Source: Lingula anatina
Taxonomy: Eukaryota; Animalia; Brachiopoda
Length of the DNA stretch: 64,000 nt
Direction of reading: 5' to 3'
Assembly (NCBI GenBank): GCA_051362555.1
Contig: CM120642.1
Coordinates: 7,688,001-7,752,000 of the forward strand
The position numbers and the translations under genes were made by a program. The notes under the pieces were generated by a model that saw only the letters and a list, made by a program, of their open reading frames with translations, searched no databases and was not told the origin of the DNA. Below, piece by piece: positions 1-13,000 of the stretch (the first letter of the stretch is position 1; every line of letters starts with the position of its first letter).

Positions 1-63
1 GGGTTGTGCTTTGGAGAAACATAGTAGCATTCAAAAGAACACCACCAAAGTGTGTACATTTAC

Positions 64-300
64 CTGGTAATAAATACACATTGACTTCCACACAAGAACC
101 TGGATTGATTACCCCAGCACTTGGACGTACCCTGTATTTTTCGGGGGAGGTGGTTTTCACCTGAAATTCAACATACAATATGTGTCACATAATCTTAAGA
201 TTACCTTTTTCCTATTACTTTGATGAGGAAAGATCTGCCCTCACCCCACTCCCTTCATCCCAACCCCCCCCCCCAAAAAAAAAAAATAATAATAATAAAA

Positions 301-339
<39 letters not shown>

Positions 340-3300
340 ATTAATTAATTAATTAATTAATTAATAAAAACAAAATTACATAAAGAAAGAAAAACATTAA
401 AATGAAGACTGGCTGTATAGATTAAATATTCCTTATAAATTGCTCCCCATATCATATGAGATCATTTTATACACTTATTGGATAGGGCCTACTTTCATTG
501 CAGTAAAATATACTACTTTTGATACTTTAAAACATAAAAAAAAATTGTATGTGATCAGTACAAGTAAAAAATCCTCTCAACTGATACCTTAAATGCCACT
601 TGTTTTTGCATTCTGTTAGTTAAAGAAATAACATCTAATGTTTCCTTGGAATTGTCAACCACAGCAAACTCCAATTCATCAGCAGGACTAAAACAGAAAA
701 AAAGTTGTTTTTTTTTTGTACAAATAGCTGTAAGAGGTAAGCTATTGCTTCTTTCATAGCAAAAACTTAAAACTGTAAACTTATTAAAGATACTTTTAAA
801 TTTGATGGTGAAAACAATGAAGCTGCACAGTGAACAATTATCATAATTCATTCATGGCAATGCACATTTGTTGCAACATATACCTATCAACATCCAAAAA
901 TGACAGAGTAGATTTTTTTATACATCCTTCCTCCCCCCAGAAATACAAAAAAGAGCTCATAGAAAATGTCAAAATGTTCATTAATACTTGCCTTATAACA
1001 ACTCAGATTAAATGTGATAATACAGCCAAGTAGTAGATCTGAAAGCCGATAACAAATACAAACAGTAGAAGTTACCTGATAATTATGAGCCGCCCTGTGT
1101 AGATATTTTGATCATCTCTCTGTCTTTTCCTACCACTGACCATCTTTTGCCTGCCTGGTCCCTGAGACTGCCTGGAGAGAACACTTGACATGCTCTGAGA
1201 AGAGGAAAAATCAATAATAATAATAATAATAATAATAATGATGATGTTGATGACATCTGGTTGCTTGGATTGCCTGTAGATAATGCTTGTTATACTGTAA
1301 TTTAAATGAAAATAAATAAATATACCTAACAACGATCGTTTGAAACTTTTTCACCCAGGCAGAGATTCAGAACTTCAGCACTTCAACACTAATACTGGTG
1401 AAGTTCTCATCTGGTGAGTGTTTGGAATAAACTTGCCAATTCTATGGCTTTTACAATTAGTTTAAACTTACAAATGGCTCCAAATTTTACAATGGCAACC
1501 ATCCAAGCAAGCCAAGAGACTTGCAACTTTGCATAAAATGAAGTAAGATTTTGCAGGATCAGCCAGAAAAAAATTATGCTAGACAATAGAGTGCGGTGCT
1601 GCAATGAATAAAATCTGAGAGAATTTATTCATGACTGATATTTTCAAGTAGCATGTTTTCTCATAAATTCTAAAGTTGTGTTTCTTGGTTGAATTCCATT
1701 ATTATAAACTTACAGACTTTTACATAAAGAGTAAACTTACCAATCTATCAGACTTGTCATCCTCTCCCACCTCCCCACTGGCATCAAAACTATTATACAT
1801 CGTGTCCTGTTCAGCAAATGTGACCTGTAACAATTCTCTGTTATGCTTCATATGTTTCACTGCTGATGTTACATTCATGACTATGTTATATAATCAAACT
1901 TTTACCCTAAGATAAATATTTTAAAAAAGGAGAGAGAATGGCCAATCAAAAAAGTCCACTTTTAAAAATTAAATAAAAAAATTAAAGGTTGAAATACTGG
2001 TTGAAAATTTTTGAGCAGCTGGAAGATATTATATTAGAAAGATTACAATAAAAGATCAGGATGAAGAGGCGACTCAAAAAAGCTATACATAAAAAGAGGG
2101 GCAAGCAGTCAAATATGATTATCAACATGAGGCAAAAGCAAGTACTGGAGATCCACACAATGTAGAGACTCTATAAGAAACTGCATTTTTAAACTATTGC
2201 TAATTAATGCTAATAAGCAAGTAAACATTCATCTTAGGTAAGAAAAATGAAAGGCACCCTTTGCACACGTGAACTTGTATTAAATCCAAAAGGTGCTCTG
2301 TTTCAACAATATCATCTTATTCTCACCGTATCAAGTGATGATTTGGCTATCAAATCTTCATAAGAACAAACAACTTCCTGCACATAACCTTCTCTAGGGA
2401 ACTCACAGCAGTCCTCCATTAGCAGGCCACATCCCAAACCCTGCAGTCAGTGTTGCCATAGACACTGTCACTTAGCAACACATATTCTATTGTGATGTCA
2501 TAATGCTTTCACCTTACAATCAGTTTTTATCTGTGATGCCATAGAGCCCCTTGTCTTAAATGACATCACATACAGCTTATATTCTTTGTGATGTCACAAT
2601 GCTTATAGTTTAGGACCACAATGTTATTTTGCTGTTATAATACATTGTGATATTCACAATCATGGACACTTAAAGCTGGATATGTCACTATATGTCACTA
2701 CCATGTTTTATGATATCAGAATTGTAACTTTTAAGATGAAAATGACACTGTGACATCACAATGCCCTGACAAAAACAATACGGATACCAGGTATGTCACA
2801 GCAATGTAAGAGGAAGCCTCAAGTTGTGATCATTATGATGTCACAACTGACTCATTCAGATTGTCCTATGGTCTCTCACCTGTTTCCGTCTCCCAGTTGG
2901 AGAATTATCTGATCCTGGACTGTCCTCATCTGGTGTAGGTGGAATGTAGTGATATTTATATGTATCCTATAAAATAAATCAATAAATAAACAAAACTGTC
3001 ATAATACAATACTGTTTTAACAAACAGGAGATTGAAAAATGGTGAATTTTAATTATATGAAAGCCAGGAGGAAAGACTACAACTTGCACATAATTATGTG
3101 TAGTTGGGTTTTAGCTTGTCTTGGAATACTCCGACATCTTGGGCGAAATGAGAGCAACAGAATATTGCTGATTTCAAATATTGTTATACATATTTTAGTC
3201 TACAAGATTTTCTATTACTTTGTTTCACACATCAAGATAATACGAAATATACACACGATAAAAAGCTATTGCCACATATATTTGAAGACTTATCAGAGAA

Positions 3301-6300
3301 ATGGATAACAAAATGTACAAAATGTTTTACCAAGCCTCCCATGTGTTCCCAGAGTTCTTCTTTGTTGATGTATTCTTGAATTCCAGTCTTCTTCACAAAT
3401 ATCACTCTTTTACTTTGTTCTGCATTTAGCCAAGTCTTAACAATCTTCCAAATTGCTGAAATATAAATCACATTTTATGATGCTGTGATTAATATATTTG
3501 AACAAAACTGAATGGAAATATTTCCCAAAATGAAGCACTGTTAGTCTAATATCCTGTTTGATATTTTAGATCACATGGTTTGCAATAGATTTAACTATGT
3601 CAAAAGGTTAGATTCTGTGAAAAACTCGTTTTGACATAAAAATAAATAAAATAAATAAGGTATTAAAGTTATTCAACTTTGTGAGAAACAATCATAATTT
3701 GTACCTAAAAACAAATTAATCAAATTAGCATTAACATGCACTGTGCACTGGCTTAAGCTACAATTGCCTTTGTGCATTAAAATAACATGTTTTGTTTAGA
3801 ATCAATATTCTGAATCATCATCTTTCATATCCATACACTTACCATTAAATAACCATGGCATTTCATAAATAAGGAAATATGCTGGAAAGGAAAAAAAACA
3901 ATATAGGTGCACATGTTAATTGAGTCACAAAAGGAAATGACTTTGGAAATCAACAAAAATCATCATTTTATGTGTGCAAAACATAATTTGAATACACATT
4001 TAGAAAATATCTATACTGTGCCATTTCTGGTAATTATTAATGTAACATCAAAAAAAGTGAGAAAATTGCAGTTAAAAAAGTAAACAATTAAATTAATAAA
4101 TAACTAAACATTTTTAATCAATTCAAGTTTATTTAGTGACATACCTAGAAGAGCTGGAAAGTTGGTTGTGAAGGCTGTTATAAGAAACTTTAGCAAATCT
4201 AAGTCCTGAAATGAAATAGTAATTACTTCAATACTTGGTAATGTTGAAAATGTATTACAAACCAGCATAACTCAAAGTTCTACACTACCTAAACTAAATT
4301 ATAAACGATAATTTATTCTATTATTACTTGTAATTGGCAGGGAGGAGTTCTTTAGTCACAAACTGGCATAAGTCATGAGGTAGGCCATTAGCTATTATAG
4401 CAACTAACTAACACTGTGCAAGACCTTGCACTGCCTTAACTTCTCATTCTATTATCTCTTTCCTGAACTTCATGACAGCTTCTTCATTTTTAAATCTTTA
4501 TATAATACGTGCTCACTTATCAGACTGACTGACATCAATGAGTTCATATAAAGTGTGCCATGCCAAGTACTGACATATATCCAGCCATCTTGATTTCGCA
4601 AAACTGTATACGACATAGCTTACAGACCCATCTAATATTTGTGAATGGCACAGTAAGCTTCTGTGAAATACCACTAAAGTTCAGGCACGTCAAGCAAAAT
4701 CTATGAAAGTTTAAAAATGAAGAATACAGCCTGTGTCGGCTTTGAAACTAGAGCTATTCTCAACATCTCTGTTACTTACTACATTGGACATTCCTGCCAT
4801 ACTCATGTCCATCAGGAGCACTATCCTCTCTCCCGGCCTTTTTCTGCAACTCAGTTCTAAATGGTAAGCTATGAATTTCTTTACTTGTACCATGACATCT
4901 TGGTCACCCTTTTTACACTGCTGTACATCAAAATACACTGTAATAAATGACAAAAACAAAAAAAAACTGTAAACTCTTAGACTAGTACTTACAAACATTT
5001 TTAAAATAGAATCTAACAGTTCTTTGTGGCTTTCAGAGTTGCTGATTTAAAGTTATATTTTGACAATATATAATTGCTCAATGTAGGTCATTTAAAATAA
5101 TTGCTATACAGTACTATCAATAGAGATAATTTTTATAACAAATAGCTACCTGCTGATTTTTATAAATAAATGAATTTAAAATGAATGCAATATAAAAGTA
5201 ATTTAAAGATTTTTCATGAATATAATTCTAACCAATATTTTGCGTTTACTAACTTACATATCTTTTGTCCATCTTTATCTTTACTGTGGAAGTAAACAGC
5301 ACCTCCCTCCCAAAAATCTAGTGTAAAGGAATCATGTTTCAAATCTGAAAGTGAGGAAAAAAGACAACTGTCTGTAAATATGGAGGCTAAAAGAAGTACG
5401 TGCATGCTTCAAAACAAATCCTCAAGCTAGTGTCTTTAATAAGCATTTATCCAAAATTGAATGTTATTATAATTTTCAATCAAGTTGCCACAAAACCTTT
5501 AATTTGAAATACAAAATCCTGCAAAATACATAGTTTGCCATTTCTGGCTAAATTATGTTAACTTTGTTATTTTACTAGTTTAGAAACATCTAAATTTTCA
5601 ATTTATATCAGTACTATACAAATAAGTTCAAAATTTGGATTAGCAAAAAAAATATAATAAATAAATAAATAAAATTTAATTAAACACTGTTTGCTATTAA
5701 CATACCATTAACTCCCCATTCTTTCCTCCACCTCAGGGACATGTCCATCATGACCACAGCATCCTCCACTACTCCCTTCCTGCTCAGCAAGAACTGACGT
5801 ACCCAGAGATCATCTGACCGGAGCTTTGACAGGTCTCTCTCATCATATAGCTTCTTGTCTACATTTTCTGAAAGTGACAGATTCATATGCTGAATACTTT
5901 TTCAGAAATTTTTTGCCTTCATAAAAAAGTCACCTTTTGCTGATGTTCTTCTGACAAACCTCAAAATCTGTGATAAAATAACCAATAATCATGATGTTTT
6001 ACTATTTGTAAACATTACCTCTGTTTATGATAAAAGTATAAGATGATGATGAATGATGAACATTTGATGTTTGGAGAACTGCAGGTAGTTATCTAGATTT
6101 ATTATGAATCGATGCCATAATGTACATGATGTTCTCTTTGTCCTTGTCAGTGATGAAGACATTGCTACATATCAATGTTCTGAGCAAAACTTTGACCTAT
6201 TCTGCTGCATAGGAATAGATCATAATTAACCTACATCTACCATGCACAGTATCCATTACAATTCACTTTTCTGTTCTTGTTCATGGTGATATAAGCACTC

Positions 6301-6842
6301 TGCATAAATTATGTATCACATTATTCAAATTTATAATAAATTCAATTAAGTACTCTGTCTTTTTTTTTCTTTTCTTAAATTCAAGACGCCCAAAGGACCA
6401 TGTGCCGTTAATATATACAATTTATACTCGTACATGTCTGTGTTACATGTACTAGTACGTTGACAGAGTCAATGATGTCTAAATATATTTTTCATCAATG
6501 ACATCCTCGTGACAATATCACTATCGTTATCTCACAACGAGATAACCAAACTGAAGCTAACAGGCTTTCAAATACGCCTACACTTTTTGACGTGCACCAA
6601 GTAAAACATGCATGACCCTGAAAGCAATGTTTACGTTTGCCATCACGTGAGGGAAGTATACCTTTGTACTTCTCGAAGAATTCTTCTCTTGCTTCACTCA
6701 CTTGACCTTGAAATTCCTGCAAAAAAATCAAGTTCATTAATATGCAACCTAAATTAGAAATGACTCTTAAAGGTTGGCAAGGAAAATGTTATTAAATGTA
6801 ATAATGTGTCACCTGATAAAGCAAAGCCGCATCTCCGGCCAT
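64..6842 (-). CDS. MOSPD2: Motile sperm domain-containing protein 2 (CRAL-TRIO + MSP domain ER contact-site tether); 5' 13 coding exons, gene continues beyond the left edge
   Basis: GT-AG exons read in frame: 6813-6842 (MAGDAALLYQ), 6662-6716, 5706-5867 (YDERDLSKLRSDDLWVRQFL...SLRWRKEWGVN), 5258-5344 (GAVYFHSKDKDGQKI), 4780-4937, 4145-4205, 3843-3881 (IYEMPWLFN), 3331-3455 (AIWKIVKTWL...HMGG), 2880-2966, 1741-1824, 1076-1194, 588-687 (SPADELEF...LTN...VAFK), 64-160 (VKTTSPEKYRVRPSAG, MSP signature). Matches recalled human MOSPD2 motifs (YDARDVERLQQDDNWV, DMPWLMNAAFKIVKTWL, HMGGTD). Confidence 0.93.
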
Positions 6843-7047
6843 TCTGTCACAAGTTCCACTTCCGGGTAAATGGGCAACTGCAATTGACCTAATTATTAAG
6901 CTAGTGATTGGATGACCGCAATAATATGCTGTTTTGATTGGCTGTTGCTCCTCGTGGCCCAATTTGCTTACAACATGGAGGACAGCGGCTCGTACGAAGC
7001 TCATTTATCTTGAAATAGGCCGACACTTGTCCCCTTCGTCGCTTAAA
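6843..7047. promoter_or_regulatory. Compact bidirectional promoter shared by MOSPD2 and FANCB
   Basis: 205 bp between divergent ATGs; CpG-containing in a CpG-poor neighbourhood; ETS/GABP-type ACTTCCGG at 6858-6865; CCAAT boxes at 6907-6911 (ATTGG), 6937-6941 (ATTGG) and 6959-6963; CHR-like CTTGAA at 7009-7014; YY1-like AAAATGGC overlapping the FANCB ATG. Confidence 0.75.
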
Positions 7048-10000
7048 ATGGCCACCAAATCACACTATTTCACTACCTGTGACGGAAAACTGCTGACACT
7101 TTCTTGGGGAGCACGAGGAAATAACGATCTTTCTGAAATTAGAGGTACTTTTTACAACTTTGATCTTGCAACTTGCAGGTTTTGTGGTGACGCGGAAAGT
7201 GGCTCTCCTGTTGATATTTCATATAACCCAGGAGTGAATTTTGATGTTCTAAAAGTTTGCAAGGTTAAAGAAATTTCAACAGGACAAAACATAAACTGCA
7301 TACTTCTTCAGAGATCAGAGAGGAAAGTAAACCAGGGGCACGTTTATTATGTGATTACAACAAGTGAAAACAACTTAATTTGCATCAGAAAGTTTTCTGA
7401 CAAACAAAATCTCTCTCAGCTGCTTTTGTTAAACTCAGAGGAATTACAGTTATTTGATGGACCAAATGTGCTATGGATTGAAGGCCTAACTGTAAGTTTT
7501 ACACATAATTACCCAAATTCAACAAATACTGTTGTATGTAAAGTGGATTTACCGGTACACGTTTCAGCACTTTTGGAGTTAAAGTGGGCTTCATTGATCC
7601 CTGACTCATGGGATTCACAGGTGTACATTCTTTGCAAGACCCAGAGCAGTGTTAAAGAGCATGAAAGGATGGATCAGGACATTTCTGATAGTGACAGTGA
7701 AGACGACTGTTTTAAATTTTATGGCTTTATCATCAAGAAAAATGGTGCTGTCTTTTCTAGAAGTGTGGAAGACAAAGTTAGTTTTGTTGTAGAGCAAACC
7801 CCAACAAACTTATTTCCAGACATATATGCAGACATAATAAGCTGTATGACAGTGCAGCACTTAGGCACTCCCAAAAGGACAAGTCAGTCAGAATTGTCAG
7901 CATGGTATATAACCAAGACACATGCCCAGTCTTCAGATATGGACACAAGTTATTCTGCAAATACTTTCAGTTCAGATGTTTTTGCTTGCACAACTCATGG
8001 TCAGCTGCTGCAGTTTCAAAATGGACTTGTCCACAGATGCGTCCAAATGCCTTTTAATGATGCTGTTGATGTTAAAGTGGTGGAGACCATGGGTGGTCAG
8101 TGTAATGTGGTAGTGGCCTCTGCAACTGGACAGTTGATTGTTTTCGATGAGCTCCATTTAAAGGTATATTTTAGCAATCATGATGGCTGTTTTATCATTT
8201 GTTACTCATGGTTTATAAAGTTCCTTGGGACTTTATGTGGAGATTATTTGAAATAATTGTTGTAGTCTTTTTAATAAAACAATCTGTTTCTCATTATATT
8301 ATCTCCTCTACCACATTTGCTTTGCTCTAGTTGCAGATGGCAGATGCACATGGGATTGTGTTCACATATAATAGTGGCTCACCTAACGCATTTACTTTTT
8401 CATTTGCATCAGATGCCAGTTAATTTTTAAGAGAAATGTTCACATTATCTGGTTACACCTTTGAATAAAAATAATTTTTAAATGTATATCAGGTTGAAAC
8501 CATCAAGAAAGTCTAACAAGGTTTGCTGATCTGGAATTGACTCATGTTGTCCTGTGGTTTTACAGCAGGTAGATTTGTTCCAAGATGTCAAGAAAGTTTT
8601 GGTGGATGATTTTATTGGATGTGGCTCGGACCAAGTATTGCTGGTGTACAACAATGCAGATGGTACAGAGGGCATGGTCACACAGTTCCTGCTGACAGAT
8701 TTTTGCCTGCATAAATTTGATTCTGAACAGGTTGGTAAACCAAGGTGTTTGTAGACAAATAGAAATGAGTTTTAGGGAAATTTGGAATTGTGTAGTATTT
8801 TAAAAGTGGCACATTGGACATTTGAGTAAATGATTATTATGATATCCCCCAGCCCCCAATCCCCCCCCCCCCACCCCACCCAAAAAAAGAAAGAAAGAAA
8901 AGAAAAAAGAAAAACCCCTGTAAAGTTATAACTGTGGAAGATGTTCACAATTTATTTGATGTTAATATTAATGTTGGAATTTATGTCATTTTCTGTACCT
9001 TTCTTGATAAAATAATTCTACTAATTAATTATTACTAGTAATAATAAACACTGTCAGGTGAATGCAGATATTGAAGTGCCCTGCACTGATCATGAGGAAA
9101 ATCTCCAAAGAACTGCACAGGCTCTGGAAGCCAGATTGCAGGTAATTAAACTCCTTTGTCACTTTCTCTTTTCTTCCTACTCTGAAAAACTACACAGTGG
9201 CCAGTTTTTTTTTTTTTTTTCATTTTCTGTATGTCATAACACAAACATTAAGATAATATGGAGATTTTAAAATCAAGTAGCTGACATGCAATGGCTCTGA
9301 AGCTCAGTGACCAATCGTAGTGTTAATTTCATGGTCAAATTACATTTCAGAAACTTCTTATTTTAATCAAATAATGATTGATCTGTGTCATGTGGTAATT
9401 GGTATTATTTTAGGCTGGCCTGTCAGCAGTAAGGGAGGCAGAATATTTGTGCAGGAAGAAGCAGAGTTTGATAGAACGCACATGCCAGAATATAGAGAAT
9501 ATGAATCTGGGTAGAAAAGTGCCAATCACTTGTGAAGTAAGAGATATCAGTAAATAAAATTATGACACGGAAATATGGAGAAAATATTATAGACTAGTGT
9601 TTTTTAATTGCATAATAATATATTTTATGTTGTAAACATTGATAAACTTTGAGCTATTCCATTCAAGTGACCAAAGGTAGGAGGACAGGGTATTTTGAAG
9701 TTGATCTAAAGGTCTATAAATAGAACAAAGTGTAATTTGACAGCACTACATTTAATTGCAGCACATTCAATAAAGAATATCCCTTACTTAGTGCACCTTA
9801 TGACTTGGGGCTGTTATTCTATTGTATATAGTTTTTTTTGACCAGTTCCTGCAGTTAAAGAATTGTTCACTTTTAAAAGATATTCAAAACTACATTATCA
9901 GCCACATCTTGTACATCTGGTGGGTCCAGTAAGGGAAGCTGATCATGGTGATAACACAGGTACCAGTTCCTCTGGTTTGACCAAAGGCTATCAGTGTCTA

Positions 10001-13000
10001 GACACCCTTGAAGTGAGGGATACCTGGCAGAGATTGGTTCATGAGAAGTGGGTGATTGGTGTTGATCTGGAAAATGTGTCACAAATGTGAGTTGTTTGCA
10101 TAATAATGGTTTGTTAAATTACTGCCACTAGTGGCAGATCTTTTGTATCATGCAGATCTTGTTGAGATTCATTTTGAAATAAAAAACGGTTTATTTGCCA
10201 AGAGGTATTTTGCCTACAAGAAAGATCATGAATGGCCTTTCATTTGATAGCTCACTGAAATATGTCAGTTAACCTAGTGATAGTTATGGGAATAATTATT
10301 GAAATGACTTTGTTAAGCATTTAATCATATTATTGTGTATTTTCTTTTTCATTTCATTTCAGTGATTGCTTTGACATCTGGATTTCTATTGTCCCTTGTG
10401 CCAATAGTAATGTGCAGCACATGGAATCTCATGCCAAAGTCCAAGCTTTATCATCAAAGAGAGAGAAATTAAATCACCATAATTTTGATGGAGACTCAAT
10501 TCCAGAAAAGAGACTGAAATTTAAGATGGATTCAAAGAAATCCAAACAGTGTCTTGTTCATGGGGAAGAGATTAGCGTTGCTGCTTGGGCAGAAATTCCA
10601 CAATTTGGTGTCAACCCCCAAGTCAGTTGTAACTTGATTCTCCATTGGTCAGAGAGTGATCATGGTAACCATGGTGCTGACCCAGTTAGTAAGTCATTCA
10701 TGAGAATCTGTGGTCAGGTGACACTAAGTTTTCAAAATGTTGCTGACATTGGCAATGACAAATTTTATGTCAGAATGAGAGAGAAAGATCTGAATAAACT
10801 TTCAGGTATGTCTTAGTAAGACAGCTACATAATTGAAAATCTGTTAAATGTAAATATTGTTTTGACAAGAGCATGAAGTTTCTGAAGCAGAAATGTTGTA
10901 ATTATAATCTTAACTATAGTTTAAAGAATTATGTTGGATTTTTATGTACAGACACAGATGTGTCTGTACATATAGCCATCATCTGCGTCTGTCGTTGCCG
11001 TCGTCGCTGTCGCCGTCGTCGCCGTCGCCGTCGCCGTGCACTTTTACCGATAACACGATAAGTGGAAAACCATTTTACCTTTTGACTTGAAACTTGCAGA
11101 ACTGATGAATATTCATAATACGCAGGTCAAGTTCGAAAATCAGCATGATCGGGTCACTTTTAGGGAATTTATGCAGTTTTTTCACTTTTTTCAGCATATA
11201 TGCAGCACCGATAACACGATAAGTGGAAAACTATTTTACCTTTTGACTTGAAACTTACAGAACTGATGAATATTCATAATACGCAGGTCAAGTTCGAAAA
11301 TCAGCATGATCGGGTCACTTTTAGGGAATTTATGCTGTTTTTTTCACTTTTTTCAGCATATATGCAGCATCGATAACACGATAAGTGGAAAACCATTTTA
11401 CCTTTTGACTTGAAACCTACAGAACTGATGAATATTCATAATACGCAGGTCAAGTTCGAAAATCAGCATGATTGGGTTATTTTGAGGGAATTTATGCTGT
11501 TTTTTCACTATTTTCAATATAAATGCAACACTGATAACACAATATAAGAAAAACGGATTGGCCAATTGTAATTATACTCACAGGAGTGGTCAATCTTACT
11601 AAAACGCAGGTTGAGTTCGAAAATCAGCATAATCGGGCCATTATTTTAGAAGTTATACTGTTTTTTTCACATTTCCTCAGATTCAATTCTTAAGCATGTT
11701 AACAGTCTCATTATTTAACTAATAAGATGCCTAAAAGTGTTTGTTTGATATTTCCTGTATCTTTACAACATTGTTAGTTGATTATGTAAAAAACATGGTA
11801 AACTTGTTATCATGTATTGTGTAATAAAGTGTCAAAAATGGAAATAAACTCATATCATTGCAGTTTGTCAGATTCAATCATCCACTATGTTCAGAATCTC
11901 AGAATGGAGGAAATTGGACATTTAACACTGTTCTATTGATACTTTTCCCATCTTATCAATTTTTTTAGTTGGTCATATAAAAATGGCAGTAAAATGTTTA
12001 TTTTGTTTTATGTTAAAAAAGTGTTAAAAATGGAAATAAACCCATTTCAGAACAGTGCTATCTTGTTTAGCATATATGCAGCACCGATAACACGATAAAT
12101 GGAAAACCATTTTACCTTTTGGCTTGAAACTTACAGAACTGATGAATATTCATAATACGCAGGTCAAGTTCGAAAATCAGCATGATCGGGTCACTTTTAG
12201 GGAATTTATGCTGTTTTTTCACTTTTTTCAGCATATATGCAGCACCGATAACATGATAAGTGGAAAACCATTTTACCTTTTGGCTTGAAACTTACAGAAC
12301 TGATGAATATTCATAATACGCAGGTCAAGTTTGAAAATCGGCATGATTGGGTTATTTTTAGGGAATTTATGCTAATTTTTCACTTTTTTCAGCATATATG
12401 CAGCACCGATAACACGATAAGTGGAAAACCAATTAACCTTTTGGCTTGAAACTTGCAGAACTGATGAATATTCATAATAGGCAGGTCAAGTTCGAAAATC
12501 AGCATGATTGGATCATTGTTAGGGAATTTATGCTGTTTTTTCACTTTTTTCAGCATATATGCAGCACTGATAACACAATAAGTGGAAAACCATTTTACCT
12601 TTTGGCTTGAAACTTACAGAACTGATGAATATTCATAATACGCAGGTCAAGTTTGAAAATCGGCATGATTGGGTTATTTTTAGGGAATTTATGCTAATTT
12701 TTCACTTTTTTCAGCATATATGCAGCACCGATAACACGATAAGTGGAAAACCAATTAACCTTTTGGCTTGAAACTTGCAGAACTGATGAATATTCATAAT
12801 AGGCAGGTCAAGTTCGAAAATCAGCATGATTGGATCATTGTTAGGGAATTTATGCTGTTTTTTCACTTTTTTCAGCATATATGCAGCACTGATAACACAA
12901 TAAGTGGAAAACTGTTTTTTCTTTTGGCTTGAAACTTACAGAACTAATGAATATTCATAATACACAGGTCAAGTTTGAAAATCAACAAGATTGGGCAATT

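Noticed and set aside
1195-1332. Poly-Ile segment in the 1072-1332 ORF as a MOSPD2 transmembrane exon
   Set aside because: It is an intronic (ATT)n microsatellite upstream of a good acceptor at 1195-1196.
6934-7047. N-terminal extension of the 440-aa ORF (6934-8256) as FANCB coding sequence
   Set aside because: It begins at a non-ATG codon inside the promoter; the first in-frame ATG is 7048, and the ORF tail after 8163 is intron.
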